Part shown: one piece after another, positions 37,198 through 46,127 of the stretch
Numbering within the stretch: the stretch's first letter is position 1
Layout of the letters: every line of letters starts with the position of its first letter
From: Bacillota bacterium
GTDB lineage: Bacteria > Bacillota > Clostridia > Christensenellales > SZUA-584
Direction of reading: 5' to 3'
Length of the DNA stretch: 64,000 nt
NCBI GenBank assembly: GCA_023436115.1
Contig: JAEZKQ010000027.1
Location: 4,645-68,644 of the forward strand
Made by a program: the position numbers and the translations under genes
The notes under the pieces: model-generated
Seen by the model: the letters and a program-made list of their open reading frames with translations, nothing else
Told to the model about the DNA's origin: nothing
Databases searched by the model: none

Positions 37198-37256
37198 CTC
37201 TTCTCTTCTCATCTCTTCTAAAGCTTATTCTTTTCAGACCGTTCTCTTCTCATCTC
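37198..37256 (-). promoter_or_regulatory. Array of eight (G/U)AG triplets with 2-nt spacers (TRAP-like RNA-binding site), containing an exact 15-nt direct repeat
   Basis: The minus-strand RNA reads GAGauGAGaaGAGaa-N21-UAGaaGAGauGAGaaGAGaaGAG. GAGAUGAGAAGAGAA occurs twice. Confidence 0.5.
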
Positions 37257-37281
37257 AAACAATGCGTTTGATATGTTATGC

Positions 37282-37310
37282 ATTATACCGAATGCCCGCA
37301 GACATGTCAA
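37282..37310 (-). promoter_or_regulatory. Consensus SigA promoter of the ABC importer operon
   Basis: On the minus strand, TTGACA (37310-37305) is followed by a 17-nt spacer and TATAAT (37287-37282). Confidence 0.6.
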
Positions 37311-37504
37311 GAGAAATAACATTTTTTTGAATATATGATGATGAAATTATCATCGGACTGTATAGATAATGATATATTGGCGATAATCAAATCAAGCAAC
37401 CGCTTTATGCTCCTTTATGTTTGACGCAGTGTGCGTCACAAAACAAGCCGCAGAGAAAATTAAGCATTCGTCAACTCTGCGGCTTATTTTTGCTTCCGTA
37501 TGGT

Positions 37505-39283
37505 TTAAGAATCAGGTGAACCCTCGGATGTGGGCGTCGCTTCTTCAGGGATGGGACTCGCAGCAGGCGTGGGAGTCGCAGCAGCCTGAGCTTTGCGCTC
37601 TTCTATAATTGGGGTCAGCGAGGCAAACCAGGTATTAAACTCAGTGATTGCAGCGTTTAAGGGCTCTATGGTAAGACTGACATCCTCGGTGTTTTTAACA
37701 TCGGCCAGAGTCAGCAGATTAGCGGTTCGATTGTTAAAATCGGCTATTTCCTCAGCTGTGAAAAATGCCTCGTTGGCTTTCACGTATTGTTTTGCGTCTT
37801 TTACCGCTATTTTGGCAGCAGATACCGCGTTGCGTTTTTCCTGTGCCAGCGCTTGCAGCGTGTCGAGATCGTCCGCTTTGTTTATTTTTATGCGTACACC
37901 AAATATATCTTCGACAAGATTGCGTGTTTTATATAGATCAACACCCCAAAAGCTCGTGCCGTCTATGTTGAGGAAACCGCCGGGCAACGTGTAGCGTTCA
38001 ATACCGTTTAAGTCCACATTCATGGCAAATGCGGCCAGCGAGGCTATCTGCTTAAGCGTCAAGTCGGTATAGATATTGCCTGTAACGGCCGAATAAATGG
38101 CAGGCACGTCTCCAAGCTGCCCCGTGCTTTTCACAGCCTCAAATATGGCAAGTATCATGCGCTGTTGCCTGTCTACACGCGCCACGTCGCTGTCGCCCTT
38201 GCGCTGACGGCAGTAATCGAGCACCTTCTGGCCGTCTAGGAACTGATAGCCTTTTTCGATCGTGCGGCCGCACATATTGACGTTCACATCCACGTCGTAA
38301 TTAAGCCCGCCGATGGCATCCACCACCTCTTTGACCACGTTCATGTCGAAACAGACATAATGGTTCACAGGCACGCCTCCCAGTGCCATAGACACTGTTT
38401 TCATGGCGTATTCAAAACCGCTTTTTTTGTATCCTCCGCCCGCAGAAAAAGCTGAGTTTATTTTGTCACGGACATCTTTCTTATATATCCGGACATAGCT
38501 GTCCCGTGGCAGGGAAAGCATATACACATCGTTTGTGTCAAAGTCTACGGATAAAAGCAGCATCGTATCGGTACGAAAAGTACCCCAATTGGCACGCTCA
38601 AGGCTCTCGTCGATGCCAAGCACGAGAATATTGACGCGGTTTTTCATAAAGTCCAGATCAGCCTGCTTTAAAAGCAGGTCATACGGATCGGGCGTGGGGG
38701 TGGCTTCCGGCTCTACAGCTGTGGCCTGTGGGGTGGGCGCGGCTGTCTCGGCCGGTTTCTCGACGGCCTCCTGCGTATCTTGAAAGGCCGCGGTGTTATC
38801 GATAAATGCGCCGTAAGCGACGTCACCAACATAGACAAGCCCCGCCAACAGTGCGATCAGCAGCACATATTTCACGATCTGCAAAGGCACATAGCTTTTT
38901 TTGGCACGCCTTTGCAGGCGGCGCTCCTTTTTGCGCCGTGCGCGAAACGCTTTCTTTTCGGCAGGAGAGAGCGAGAGATATTCATTTTTCTCTTGCTGTG
39001 CAAGCAAGCGCGAATTCTCTTTTTCCTCTTGTCTTAATTCTTTTTCGGCTGTTAAAAATGCTTCTCTCTCCGACTTTGAGAGCGACATAAGCTCGGCTTT
39101 GCGAGCCTGTCGTTTGTTAAAGGCATCCCTTTTTTCCTGCTCGTTATGTGCGCGCAGCTTCTCGACCTTTTTTTTATCCAGCAGCCTTTTTTGTTTTCTT
39201 GATATGCCAACCACGGCGTCATCGTCGATTTCGATTTGCTTCTTGATTTGATCCTTTTCGGATTCGTTTACTTGTTCCCGCAT
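37505..39283 (-). CDS. LCP-family (LytR-CpsA-Psr) cell-wall glycopolymer ligase with long charged cytoplasmic tail and C-terminal extension
   Basis: The LCP core is NILVLGID...RTDTMLLLS...SLPRDSYV...KINSA...RQRKGDSDVARVDRQQ. It has one TM and a Lys/Glu-rich N-terminus of about 150 aa. Confidence 0.85.
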   Translation of the reverse strand: MREQVNESEKDQIKKQIEIDDDAVVGISRKQKRLLDKKKVEKLRAHNEQEKRDAFNKRQARKAELMSLSKSEREAFLTAEKELRQEEKENSRLLAQQEKNEYLSLSPAEKKAFRARRKKERRLQRRAKKSYVPLQIVKYVLLIALLAGLVYVGDVAYGAFIDNTAAFQDTQEAVEKPAETAAPTPQATAVEPEATPTPDPYDLLLKQADLDFMKNRVNILVLGIDESLERANWGTFRTDTMLLLSVDFDTNDVYMLSLPRDSYVRIYKKDVRDKINSAFSAGGGYKKSGFEYAMKTVSMALGGVPVNHYVCFDMNVVKEVVDAIGGLNYDVDVNVNMCGRTIEKGYQFLDGQKVLDYCRQRKGDSDVARVDRQQRMILAIFEAVKSTGQLGDVPAIYSAVTGNIYTDLTLKQIASLAAFAMNVDLNGIERYTLPGGFLNIDGTSFWGVDLYKTRNLVEDIFGVRIKINKADDLDTLQALAQEKRNAVSAAKIAVKDAKQYVKANEAFFTAEEIADFNNRTANLLTLADVKNTEDVSLTIEPLNAAITEFNTWFASLTPIIEERKAQAAATPTPAASPIPEEATPTSEGSPDS

Positions 39284-39339
39284 TACCCTTAACTCCAAAC
39301 AGCTTTAAGCCAGCCTTAAGAGCGTTAAAACCACTTCGT

Positions 39340-39864
39340 TTACAGCAGTCTTTTAATATCGTCCGCATATCTGGGCTTTAGCGAGCTTGTTCGGTAAAGC
39401 CGCCTGAAAATGATATGCACGATCAGCATGAAAACACCCGTGATCAGCGCCTCAGGCAGAATATAGCGCACCAGCATATGCGAAAACGAATAGCTGATGC
39501 CTAACATATAGACGATCAGTGCACTTAAAAGTTCCTTAAAAATATAAGCGCCGACAGAAAAACATACCGGTACCAGATGGTTGTCGATATAGCGGACACG
39601 GGATACCGCAAAATAAAGCACCGCACCTGTTAAAAAAAGAGGTATCGTGTAAAAACCGATCGTGCCTGAGAACAGTATGTCAAGCACGAGGCCGCACGAC
39701 AGGCCTATGATCGCACCCGACATGCTCTTTTCCAATATGACGATAGACACCATGGTACAAACGATCACATCCGGTGCAAGCTCTGCGATATTGAGATTGG
39801 GAAAGACGGCGCCTGTCAATATGAGGTCGACGACGGCCGCCGCAAACATTATCAGATATCTCAT
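39340..39864 (-). CDS. mreD: Rod shape-determining protein MreD
   Basis: It is a small polytopic membrane protein that overlaps the mreC stop by 4 nt. Confidence 0.8.
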   Translation of the reverse strand: MRYLIMFAAAVVDLILTGAVFPNLNIAELAPDVIVCTMVSIVILEKSMSGAIIGLSCGLVLDILFSGTIGFYTIPLFLTGAVLYFAVSRVRYIDNHLVPVCFSVGAYIFKELLSALIVYMLGISYSFSHMLVRYILPEALITGVFMLIVHIIFRRLYRTSSLKPRYADDIKRLL

Positions 39865-40715
39865 TTAAGAGCCTCTTCAACATCAACGGGCTTTGATGTG
39901 ATGATCATGACCTCTTCCAGCTGGCTGAAGTCTACCCAGGGAGATACGAGCGCCTGGTTTCTCATGCCGTCGTTGCTTTGGCTGACCTCCACCACCTCAC
40001 CGATGGGAATGCCTTTGGGGAAAATACCCGCAAGGCCCGATGTGATGATCTTGTCGCCCGGCATCAGATCCGCGTCGAGCGGCAGATTGCTCATCGACAG
40101 CAGCACATCCTCATCCCCGGAAGTGTTGGCGCCGCTGAGAATCCCGATATCCCTCGTACGTTCCACGATGCCCGACACGCCGCTTGACGAATCGATAAGG
40201 GCCATTACGCGGCTGAAGTTTGCACCCACATGCACCACACGCCCCACAAGGCCGTCGCCATTCACCACAGGCATATCCACTTTGATGCCGCTGGAGAGTC
40301 CGGCATCAATGACAAACATATTGAACCAGTGTCCCGGCGCTTTGCCGATGACATGGCATGACACATATTCAAGATTGGTTGTTGTTGTATCGAAATTAAG
40401 AAGCTCTTTTAACCGCTCGTTTTCCAGCTTGACCTCGTTATAATCCTGCAGCTGGCCTTCCAGCTCGGCCACTCGCGCTTCCAGCTCCAGGACCTCTGAT
40501 TCAAGATCCGTTCCGGAGAATATACGCGCAAAAAAGTCGCCGATAGCGTCTGTGGCGGAATAAAGCGCGCTTTGTATGGGCGAAAAAATGCTGCCGACCA
40601 CGCTTTCTGTTCCCGACATATTATTGGTTCCCGCCGTGATCACAAGAACGACGAGCAATATAATCACAACAATAATGGTAACCATTAAAGGCCGGTTACG
40701 CCATAGATTCAGCAT
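39861..40715 (-). CDS. mreC: Rod shape-determining protein MreC
   Basis: It has an N-terminal TM, a coiled coil (LELEARVAELEGQLQD) and beta-barrel motifs (GLVGRV, GDKIITSGLAGIFPKGIPIGEV). Confidence 0.9.
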   Translation of the reverse strand: MLNLWRNRPLMVTIIVVIILLVVLVITAGTNNMSGTESVVGSIFSPIQSALYSATDAIGDFFARIFSGTDLESEVLELEARVAELEGQLQDYNEVKLENERLKELLNFDTTTTNLEYVSCHVIGKAPGHWFNMFVIDAGLSSGIKVDMPVVNGDGLVGRVVHVGANFSRVMALIDSSSGVSGIVERTRDIGILSGANTSGDEDVLLSMSNLPLDADLMPGDKIITSGLAGIFPKGIPIGEVVEVSQSNDGMRNQALVSPWVDFSQLEEVMIITSKPVDVEEALK

Positions 40716-40813
40716 AGTCCCTCCTATCTTTGCGTGGTATTATATCATAAAACGATAAATTGTAAAACTCACTGATAATGTTATTTACAAATTATACATA
40801 GAACCTCCGGGAA

Positions 40814-40858
40814 TAAAAAAACCCCTTCGCGCCGGATTTTTTTACCGGCAGCGAAGGG
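40814..40858 (-). terminator. Intrinsic terminator after the ABC permease gene
   Basis: The stem pairs CCCTTCGC with GCGAAGGG, with an inner GCCGG/CCGGC hairpin. U8 follows on the minus strand. Confidence 0.8.
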
Positions 40859-40871
40859 AAAGTGGTGGTCA

Positions 40872-43499
40872 TTAGATGTTCTCGTCCTTTAGTGCGTCGA
40901 TAATATTTTCCTTTTTGATCTTGCTTGTAGAATAGATCATTGTGGTAAAAACGATCACGAGTATCATGAGCACGACAAAACCGTAGCTGCTCCAGGGGAG
41001 CGTGAAGCCTGTTTCAACCACGCCCGATTGTACGTTGTACAACAGGTAAGCCACAGCAACGCTGATCGGCAGCCCAAATAGCAGCCCCTTAAGGCCGTAG
41101 AATATACTCTCGAAACGTATCATACGGTTAAACCCTTTGGGCGTCATACCCACGCTGCGCAGCATCGCGAATTCGCGCCGCCGCAGCGCAATGTTGGTGG
41201 AAACGGTGTTGAATATGTTCGCAATACAGATCAGGCTGATGAGTATGATGAACCCGTATACGAACACCGCTAAAAAGGTCAGCATATTCTGTTCTGCCCG
41301 TGAAGCGCTTTTCACATTATACATGTAAACCTGGGAGGGCTGTAGTTTTTCAGTGATTTGAGCAATTTGCTTCTCCAGCCGCTGGTCGTCGTCGGTTTTC
41401 AGATAGACATCGTGATTGATCAATGAGCTGACATCTCCCAAGCCTTGCGTGAAAGCATCGAAGACCTCTGCTTTCATCACGACTGTGCAGTAGTTGAAGC
41501 TCTGGATCATATTCCCCATAGGCCGCTCCTTGGTTACAGCGCCGATTGTCAGTTTGCCCGTTTGTTCTTTGCTCTCTGCGTTTAAATAGAAGGTTAGAGT
41601 ATCACCTGCAAGAACATTAAGTATATCTCCAGATATCTTGCTCAGTCCCTGTCCTTCATCCGGCGCATAATCCTGACCGTAGTTGATGAGTATGGCCCGG
41701 GGCGCTTGGGTATCAGAAAATTCATCTTCGGAAAGTCCCAGCGTTTTGGAATATGCCGCAAAACTTTCGTCATCGATCGCGATGATGCTGACACAGAACA
41801 TGCCGCCGATATCATTCGCCGTTCCGATTAGTTTTTTGGTATAATCACTTAGCATATCATCGGTGACGGCTAAGAAGCCGCTTAGCTCTGTCGTCTCGCT
41901 GTAGTCGGTCACAAGGTCAAGCGATTCCACAGCTTTATTGGTGCTCTCGCGCAGCTCCGGCGGCATTTGATAATAACCTAGCGATATATCAAAATTGACA
42001 CCATCCTGTGTGATACCCGTAACCATCTGTGCCATGCTCGCGTACATGGACACCGTGAGAAACAACACGATGCTGATGACAAGCGATACAATGGTAGCGC
42101 GGTATTTTTTGCGGCTGCGCTTTAAGTTTTTGAGCGCAATCGTGGCTTCAAAGCCGAATATCGCTTTTGTGAGCCGTGAGGTTTTCACAGCCCGCCGCGT
42201 GAGCCTTACTTCGTTTGCGAGCCGGATGGCATCAATGGGCATAATCCGTGAGGCGCGCCTTGCAGGCACATACACAGAAATAAAAATCGTTAATGCCGAG
42301 AGCAGCACCGTTGCGCCCACGATCCAAAGCGGAACAACGATTTCGAGTGTCACGTCCGAGCTTGTATAGAAGAAGCTGTCCATAAGAGGCTGTATGGCTT
42401 TTAATGTCACGGCCATGCCGCCGATTCCGGCCAGCAGTCCTAAGGGGATACCGATGACACCGATAATAAACCCCTCATAATAGACACTGGCACGCTTCTG
42501 GCTTTTGGTGGCACCCACACTGGCCAGCAGCCCCAGCTGACGCGAACGCTCCGATACCGATATGGCAAACGAGTTGTAGATAAGCGATATCGACGCGAGC
42601 ATAATAATCACGATGATAATGCCCGCAAAAACCTGCATAAATGTCAGCACATTGTCATAAGCGACGACGCCGTAATACCGCAGCAGATCATTATGAAAAT
42701 CGATATCATTCTCGGATTTGCCTGCCTGCTGCGCAATCGACGCGCCCCTCTCATACAACCCCTTGTCGATAGACTTAAATGTGAACCGCACGTTGACGTT
42801 TTCGTCGGCAGACAGCGCACTTTCATCAAGAAACCCGACAACCCCGCAGCCGGCTGACCAGCTTTGTTCAAAGCTGGGACGCGCCATAACACCTACGATG
42901 GTGAACTCTTCTTCCGCTCCGGTCACGAGCATATCATCCATTGTGCGCTCTGTGCCTTCCTCGTTATACAAGTAGTTGACGGGAGGGTTTCCGTTTATCT
43001 CTCCACCCGCAGCTGTATGGCGTGTGCCGAGGGAGAGGCTGATTGTATCGCCCGTTTTATATGCGACGCCCGCGCTATTTTCAACGGTTTCCGAAATGAC
43101 CACTTCGCTGCTGTTTTCGGGAAGCCGTCCCGAAATGAGATTGACAGACATTTGGCTAAAACCGCTTTGAGAATATTGTTTCACGTAAAGGTAGGGCTTG
43201 GAATCATTGACGGAGCCGTCAAGCTCGGCATATCCCAGATTCCTCTCCAGAAAATAGCTGTCTACCGCATCGTTGCCGATGACGGCGGGCAGACTCTCAA
43301 CCGATAAATCGGCTATCGAAGCATGCCAATTGCCTCTGCTCGCGATACAGTCGCGCTGTATCAGACTCACAAACGAGGAAAAGAAAACGGTAACAGCAGT
43401 CAACATGGCAGCTGAGATGACCACCCCGATGATGGTGACGGCCGTCCTTTTTTTGTTGCGCTTTAAGCTTTTGCGCGTAAAATCTCTGATGACGTTCAT
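40872..43499 (-). CDS. FtsX/MacB-type ABC permease, tandem (2 x [4 TM + large extracytoplasmic domain])
   Basis: The 875-aa protein has two FtsX-like 4-TM units, each with an extracytoplasmic loop of about 240 aa after the first TM. It overlaps the ATPase gene by 4 nt. Confidence 0.85.
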   Translation of the reverse strand: MNVIRDFTRKSLKRNKKRTAVTIIGVVISAAMLTAVTVFFSSFVSLIQRDCIASRGNWHASIADLSVESLPAVIGNDAVDSYFLERNLGYAELDGSVNDSKPYLYVKQYSQSGFSQMSVNLISGRLPENSSEVVISETVENSAGVAYKTGDTISLSLGTRHTAAGGEINGNPPVNYLYNEEGTERTMDDMLVTGAEEEFTIVGVMARPSFEQSWSAGCGVVGFLDESALSADENVNVRFTFKSIDKGLYERGASIAQQAGKSENDIDFHNDLLRYYGVVAYDNVLTFMQVFAGIIIVIIMLASISLIYNSFAISVSERSRQLGLLASVGATKSQKRASVYYEGFIIGVIGIPLGLLAGIGGMAVTLKAIQPLMDSFFYTSSDVTLEIVVPLWIVGATVLLSALTIFISVYVPARRASRIMPIDAIRLANEVRLTRRAVKTSRLTKAIFGFEATIALKNLKRSRKKYRATIVSLVISIVLFLTVSMYASMAQMVTGITQDGVNFDISLGYYQMPPELRESTNKAVESLDLVTDYSETTELSGFLAVTDDMLSDYTKKLIGTANDIGGMFCVSIIAIDDESFAAYSKTLGLSEDEFSDTQAPRAILINYGQDYAPDEGQGLSKISGDILNVLAGDTLTFYLNAESKEQTGKLTIGAVTKERPMGNMIQSFNYCTVVMKAEVFDAFTQGLGDVSSLINHDVYLKTDDDQRLEKQIAQITEKLQPSQVYMYNVKSASRAEQNMLTFLAVFVYGFIILISLICIANIFNTVSTNIALRRREFAMLRSVGMTPKGFNRMIRFESIFYGLKGLLFGLPISVAVAYLLYNVQSGVVETGFTLPWSSYGFVVLMILVIVFTTMIYSTSKIKKENIIDALKDENI

Positions 43500-44179
43500 T
43501 TGCGCATCACCTCATCTTTGATGATGCGGCCGTCCTCGATACCGATGATACGGTCGGCCTGAAGCGCGATATTCATATCATGCGTAATGAGAATCAGCGT
43601 CTGTCCGTACTTTTTGTTTGTCAAACGCAGCAGCGAAATGATATCGGCGCTGTTTTTGCTGTCCAGATTGCCTGTGGGTTCGTCGGCCAATACCAGCGCG
43701 GGGCTGTTGATCAGCGCACGGCCGATCGATACTCGCTGCTGCTGTCCGCCCGAGAGCTGGTTGGGCAGATGCTTTTTGCGTTCTTCAAGACCCAGCATCG
43801 AGAATATTTCGTCAAGCTGCTTTTTGTCGGGCTTGCGCGCATCAAGCAGCAGCGGCAGCGTGATGTTTTCCTCTACATCCAGCACGGGTATCAGATTGTA
43901 AAACTGGTATATAAGACCTACCTGCCTGCGCCGGAATATGGCAAGTCGCGTTTCGTTGAGCGCATAAATATCCGTGTTGTCCACGAACACCTTGCCCGAT
44001 GTGGGGCGGTCTACACCGCCCAATATATGCAGCAATGTGCTCTTGCCCGAGCCGGATGAACCGACGATGGCGACAAATTCTCCTTTTTCCACGCTGAAGG
44101 ATACGTTATCCAGTGCGCGTACAGCAGCTTCTCCGCTGCCGTATACTTTGCATAAATTCTCAACTTTCAGAATTTCCAT
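43496..44179 (-). CDS. ABC transporter ATP-binding protein (MacB/BceA-like)
   Basis: It has Walker A GSSGSGKST, the signature LSGGQQQR and Walker B LVLADEPTGNLD. Confidence 0.9.
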   Translation of the reverse strand: MEILKVENLCKVYGSGEAAVRALDNVSFSVEKGEFVAIVGSSGSGKSTLLHILGGVDRPTSGKVFVDNTDIYALNETRLAIFRRRQVGLIYQFYNLIPVLDVEENITLPLLLDARKPDKKQLDEIFSMLGLEERKKHLPNQLSGGQQQRVSIGRALINSPALVLADEPTGNLDSKNSADIISLLRLTNKKYGQTLILITHDMNIALQADRIIGIEDGRIIKDEVMRK

Positions 44180-44248
44180 GGCGTAACTCCTTAAATCTTA
44201 TTACCGCCATGATAAACACTGCGTGTGACATGCCGGTGACTTGCTGTG

Positions 44249-44262
44249 TGACAGTTTTGTCA
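44249..44262 (-). promoter_or_regulatory. Candidate response-regulator box (TGACA-N4-TGTCA) upstream of the ABC genes
   Basis: The inverted repeat TGACAAAACTGTCA overlaps the kinase stop codon. It is followed by GTCAC(A) direct repeats at about 11-12 nt spacing, and it resembles the TNACA-N4-TGTNA boxes of BceR-like regulators. Confidence 0.4.
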
Positions 44263-45258
44263 TTTTGGGAAACGGACGGTGAACGTGCTGCCTGCATGCG
44301 GATGGGAAGACGCGTCGATTGTCCCGTTCTGGCCTTTCACAATCGCGGATGCCATCGCAAGACCGATGCCCACACTGTCGTCCGAGGCGTTTCTGCCACG
44401 GTAGAAACGGCTGAATATATGCGGCATATCTTTGGGGTTAATGCCCGGCCCGCTGTCTTCAATACGTATCTGTGTGAATATGGGGTTGTCGCTGCATGTG
44501 ATACGGATATGGCCGCCTTCAGGCGTATATTCAATGCAGTTCTTGAGTATATTCACCAGCGCTTCGGCTGTCCAGTTCTTGTCGCAGCCGATGACAACGC
44601 CGTTATCGCTTAAATCCAGCGTCTGGTTTTTGATTTCCATGGGTATCAGCAGGGGAGCGCACGCTTTATCGAGCAGCGTTTTGGCGGGAACGGGTGCGCG
44701 TTTGAATTGTACTGTTTTTGCGTCGAGCTTGGAGAGCTTTAGCAGTGAGGCCACAAGCCATTGTATGCGCTCGAGCTGAGCACGCAGGCGGTCCGTAAAC
44801 TCGTGGCGTTTTTCGTCGGGCAGCTGTGCGTCGCAGAGCAGATCGGTCATCATAAGCATCGATGTCAGCGGCGTTTTGAGCTGATGCGAGATATCGGACA
44901 GCGCGTTTTGCAGCGCCGCTTTTTCTTTTGCCAAAATATCGTTCTGCTCGCGCAGCATCACCGTGACTTTATATATTTCGCTTTTGAGTATCGACAGCTC
45001 GCCCTCCACATTGTCGCGCACATCCAGCACATATTCGCCGCTGTTGATGCGCTTTAAATATGTGCTTAGCTGTCCGATCTGAGTGTAGCGGCGCTGTGTA
45101 TAGACGATAAACAGCGAAATAAGCAACAAGCCTAACAGCCCGGTGATGATGCCTGCGGCAGCCGATACGATAAAGCCGACAGCGCTGCCGATAGCTGCGC
45201 ATAGCAGAAGAAGCAATAAAAAGCGCTTGAACTCGGGATTGCGCAACATATCACTCAC
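44260..45258 (-). CDS. Intramembrane-sensing histidine kinase (BceS-like)
   Basis: Two adjacent TMs have essentially no external loop. It also has an H-box SHQLKTPL and N/G boxes (NCIEYTPEGG, DSGPGI, GIGLAMA). Confidence 0.9.
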   Translation of the reverse strand: MSDMLRNPEFKRFLLLLLLCAAIGSAVGFIVSAAAGIITGLLGLLLISLFIVYTQRRYTQIGQLSTYLKRINSGEYVLDVRDNVEGELSILKSEIYKVTVMLREQNDILAKEKAALQNALSDISHQLKTPLTSMLMMTDLLCDAQLPDEKRHEFTDRLRAQLERIQWLVASLLKLSKLDAKTVQFKRAPVPAKTLLDKACAPLLIPMEIKNQTLDLSDNGVVIGCDKNWTAEALVNILKNCIEYTPEGGHIRITCSDNPIFTQIRIEDSGPGINPKDMPHIFSRFYRGRNASDDSVGIGLAMASAIVKGQNGTIDASSHPHAGSTFTVRFPK

Positions 45259-45931
45259 CTGCCTTATAGCCCAGGCCGCGCAGTGTATGGATCAGCTTGG
45301 GGTTCTGGGGGTCGTCCTCAATCTTTTCGCGCAGGCGCTTCACATACACAGTCAGCGTATTATCGTTGACAAAATCGCCCGCGATATCCCATATGCCTTC
45401 CAGCAGCTGCCCGCGGGAGAGTACCTGCCCGGGGTGAGCCGCGAGCGTGAGCAGCAGTCGGTATTCAAGCGCGGTCAGCAACACCTCCGCACCGTTTTTC
45501 AATACACGGGCCTGCTTGGTGTTGATGGTCAGATCGCCCAAAGTGATTTCGTCGGTGGCATCCCCGGCCTTTTCGGTGCGCCGCAGCACGGTGCGCAAGC
45601 GGGAGAGCAGCTCGCGTATGCGAAAGGGCTTGGTGATATAATCATCTGCGCCCATATCCAGCCCCATGACCACGTTGACTTCATCGTCACACGCTGTCAG
45701 AAACACGACGGGAAGATCGCCGTGCGATTTAATTAGACGGCAGATATCGTAGCCGCTGCCGTCCGGCAGAGACAGGTCGAGTATGGCGAGGTCGAAATGC
45801 GTTTCGCCAACGGCTTTAACCGCATCGGCGGCGTTGTAACAAACGGTTACGCCGTAACCTTCCTGCCGCAGCGTGTATTCGAGCCCCATCACAATGGTTT
45901 TATCGTCTTCGACGAGCAGTATTGTTTTCAT
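45251..45931 (-). CDS. OmpR-family response regulator
   Basis: It has a receiver domain (DLAILDLSLPDGSG) plus a winged-helix domain (LTALEYRLLL...HTLRGLGY). It overlaps the kinase gene by 8 nt. Confidence 0.9.
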   Translation of the reverse strand: MKTILLVEDDKTIVMGLEYTLRQEGYGVTVCYNAADAVKAVGETHFDLAILDLSLPDGSGYDICRLIKSHGDLPVVFLTACDDEVNVVMGLDMGADDYITKPFRIRELLSRLRTVLRRTEKAGDATDEITLGDLTINTKQARVLKNGAEVLLTALEYRLLLTLAAHPGQVLSRGQLLEGIWDIAGDFVNDNTLTVYVKRLREKIEDDPQNPKLIHTLRGLGYKAGE

Positions 45932-46127
45932 ATCATCACCTTCTTCTAATTATAGCCTGTCACCGATACTTTTGCATGACAGATTTGTCATATAGGCCGT
46001 TTGCAGCGTTATATTGAAAAAATCATCAATATCTCTTATCAAATTCTATACTTATACTGGTATTTCTGATATAATACGAGTATTTTAAAGGGTACTTTAT
46101 AGACAAACTGTAAAGGGGTATTTGAAC

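Noticed and set aside
37090-37500. T-box or amino-acid riboswitch upstream of the ABC importer
   Set aside because: There is no T-box (AGGGUGGNACCGCG-like) or specifier-loop architecture. The triplet array plus terminator explains the leader better.
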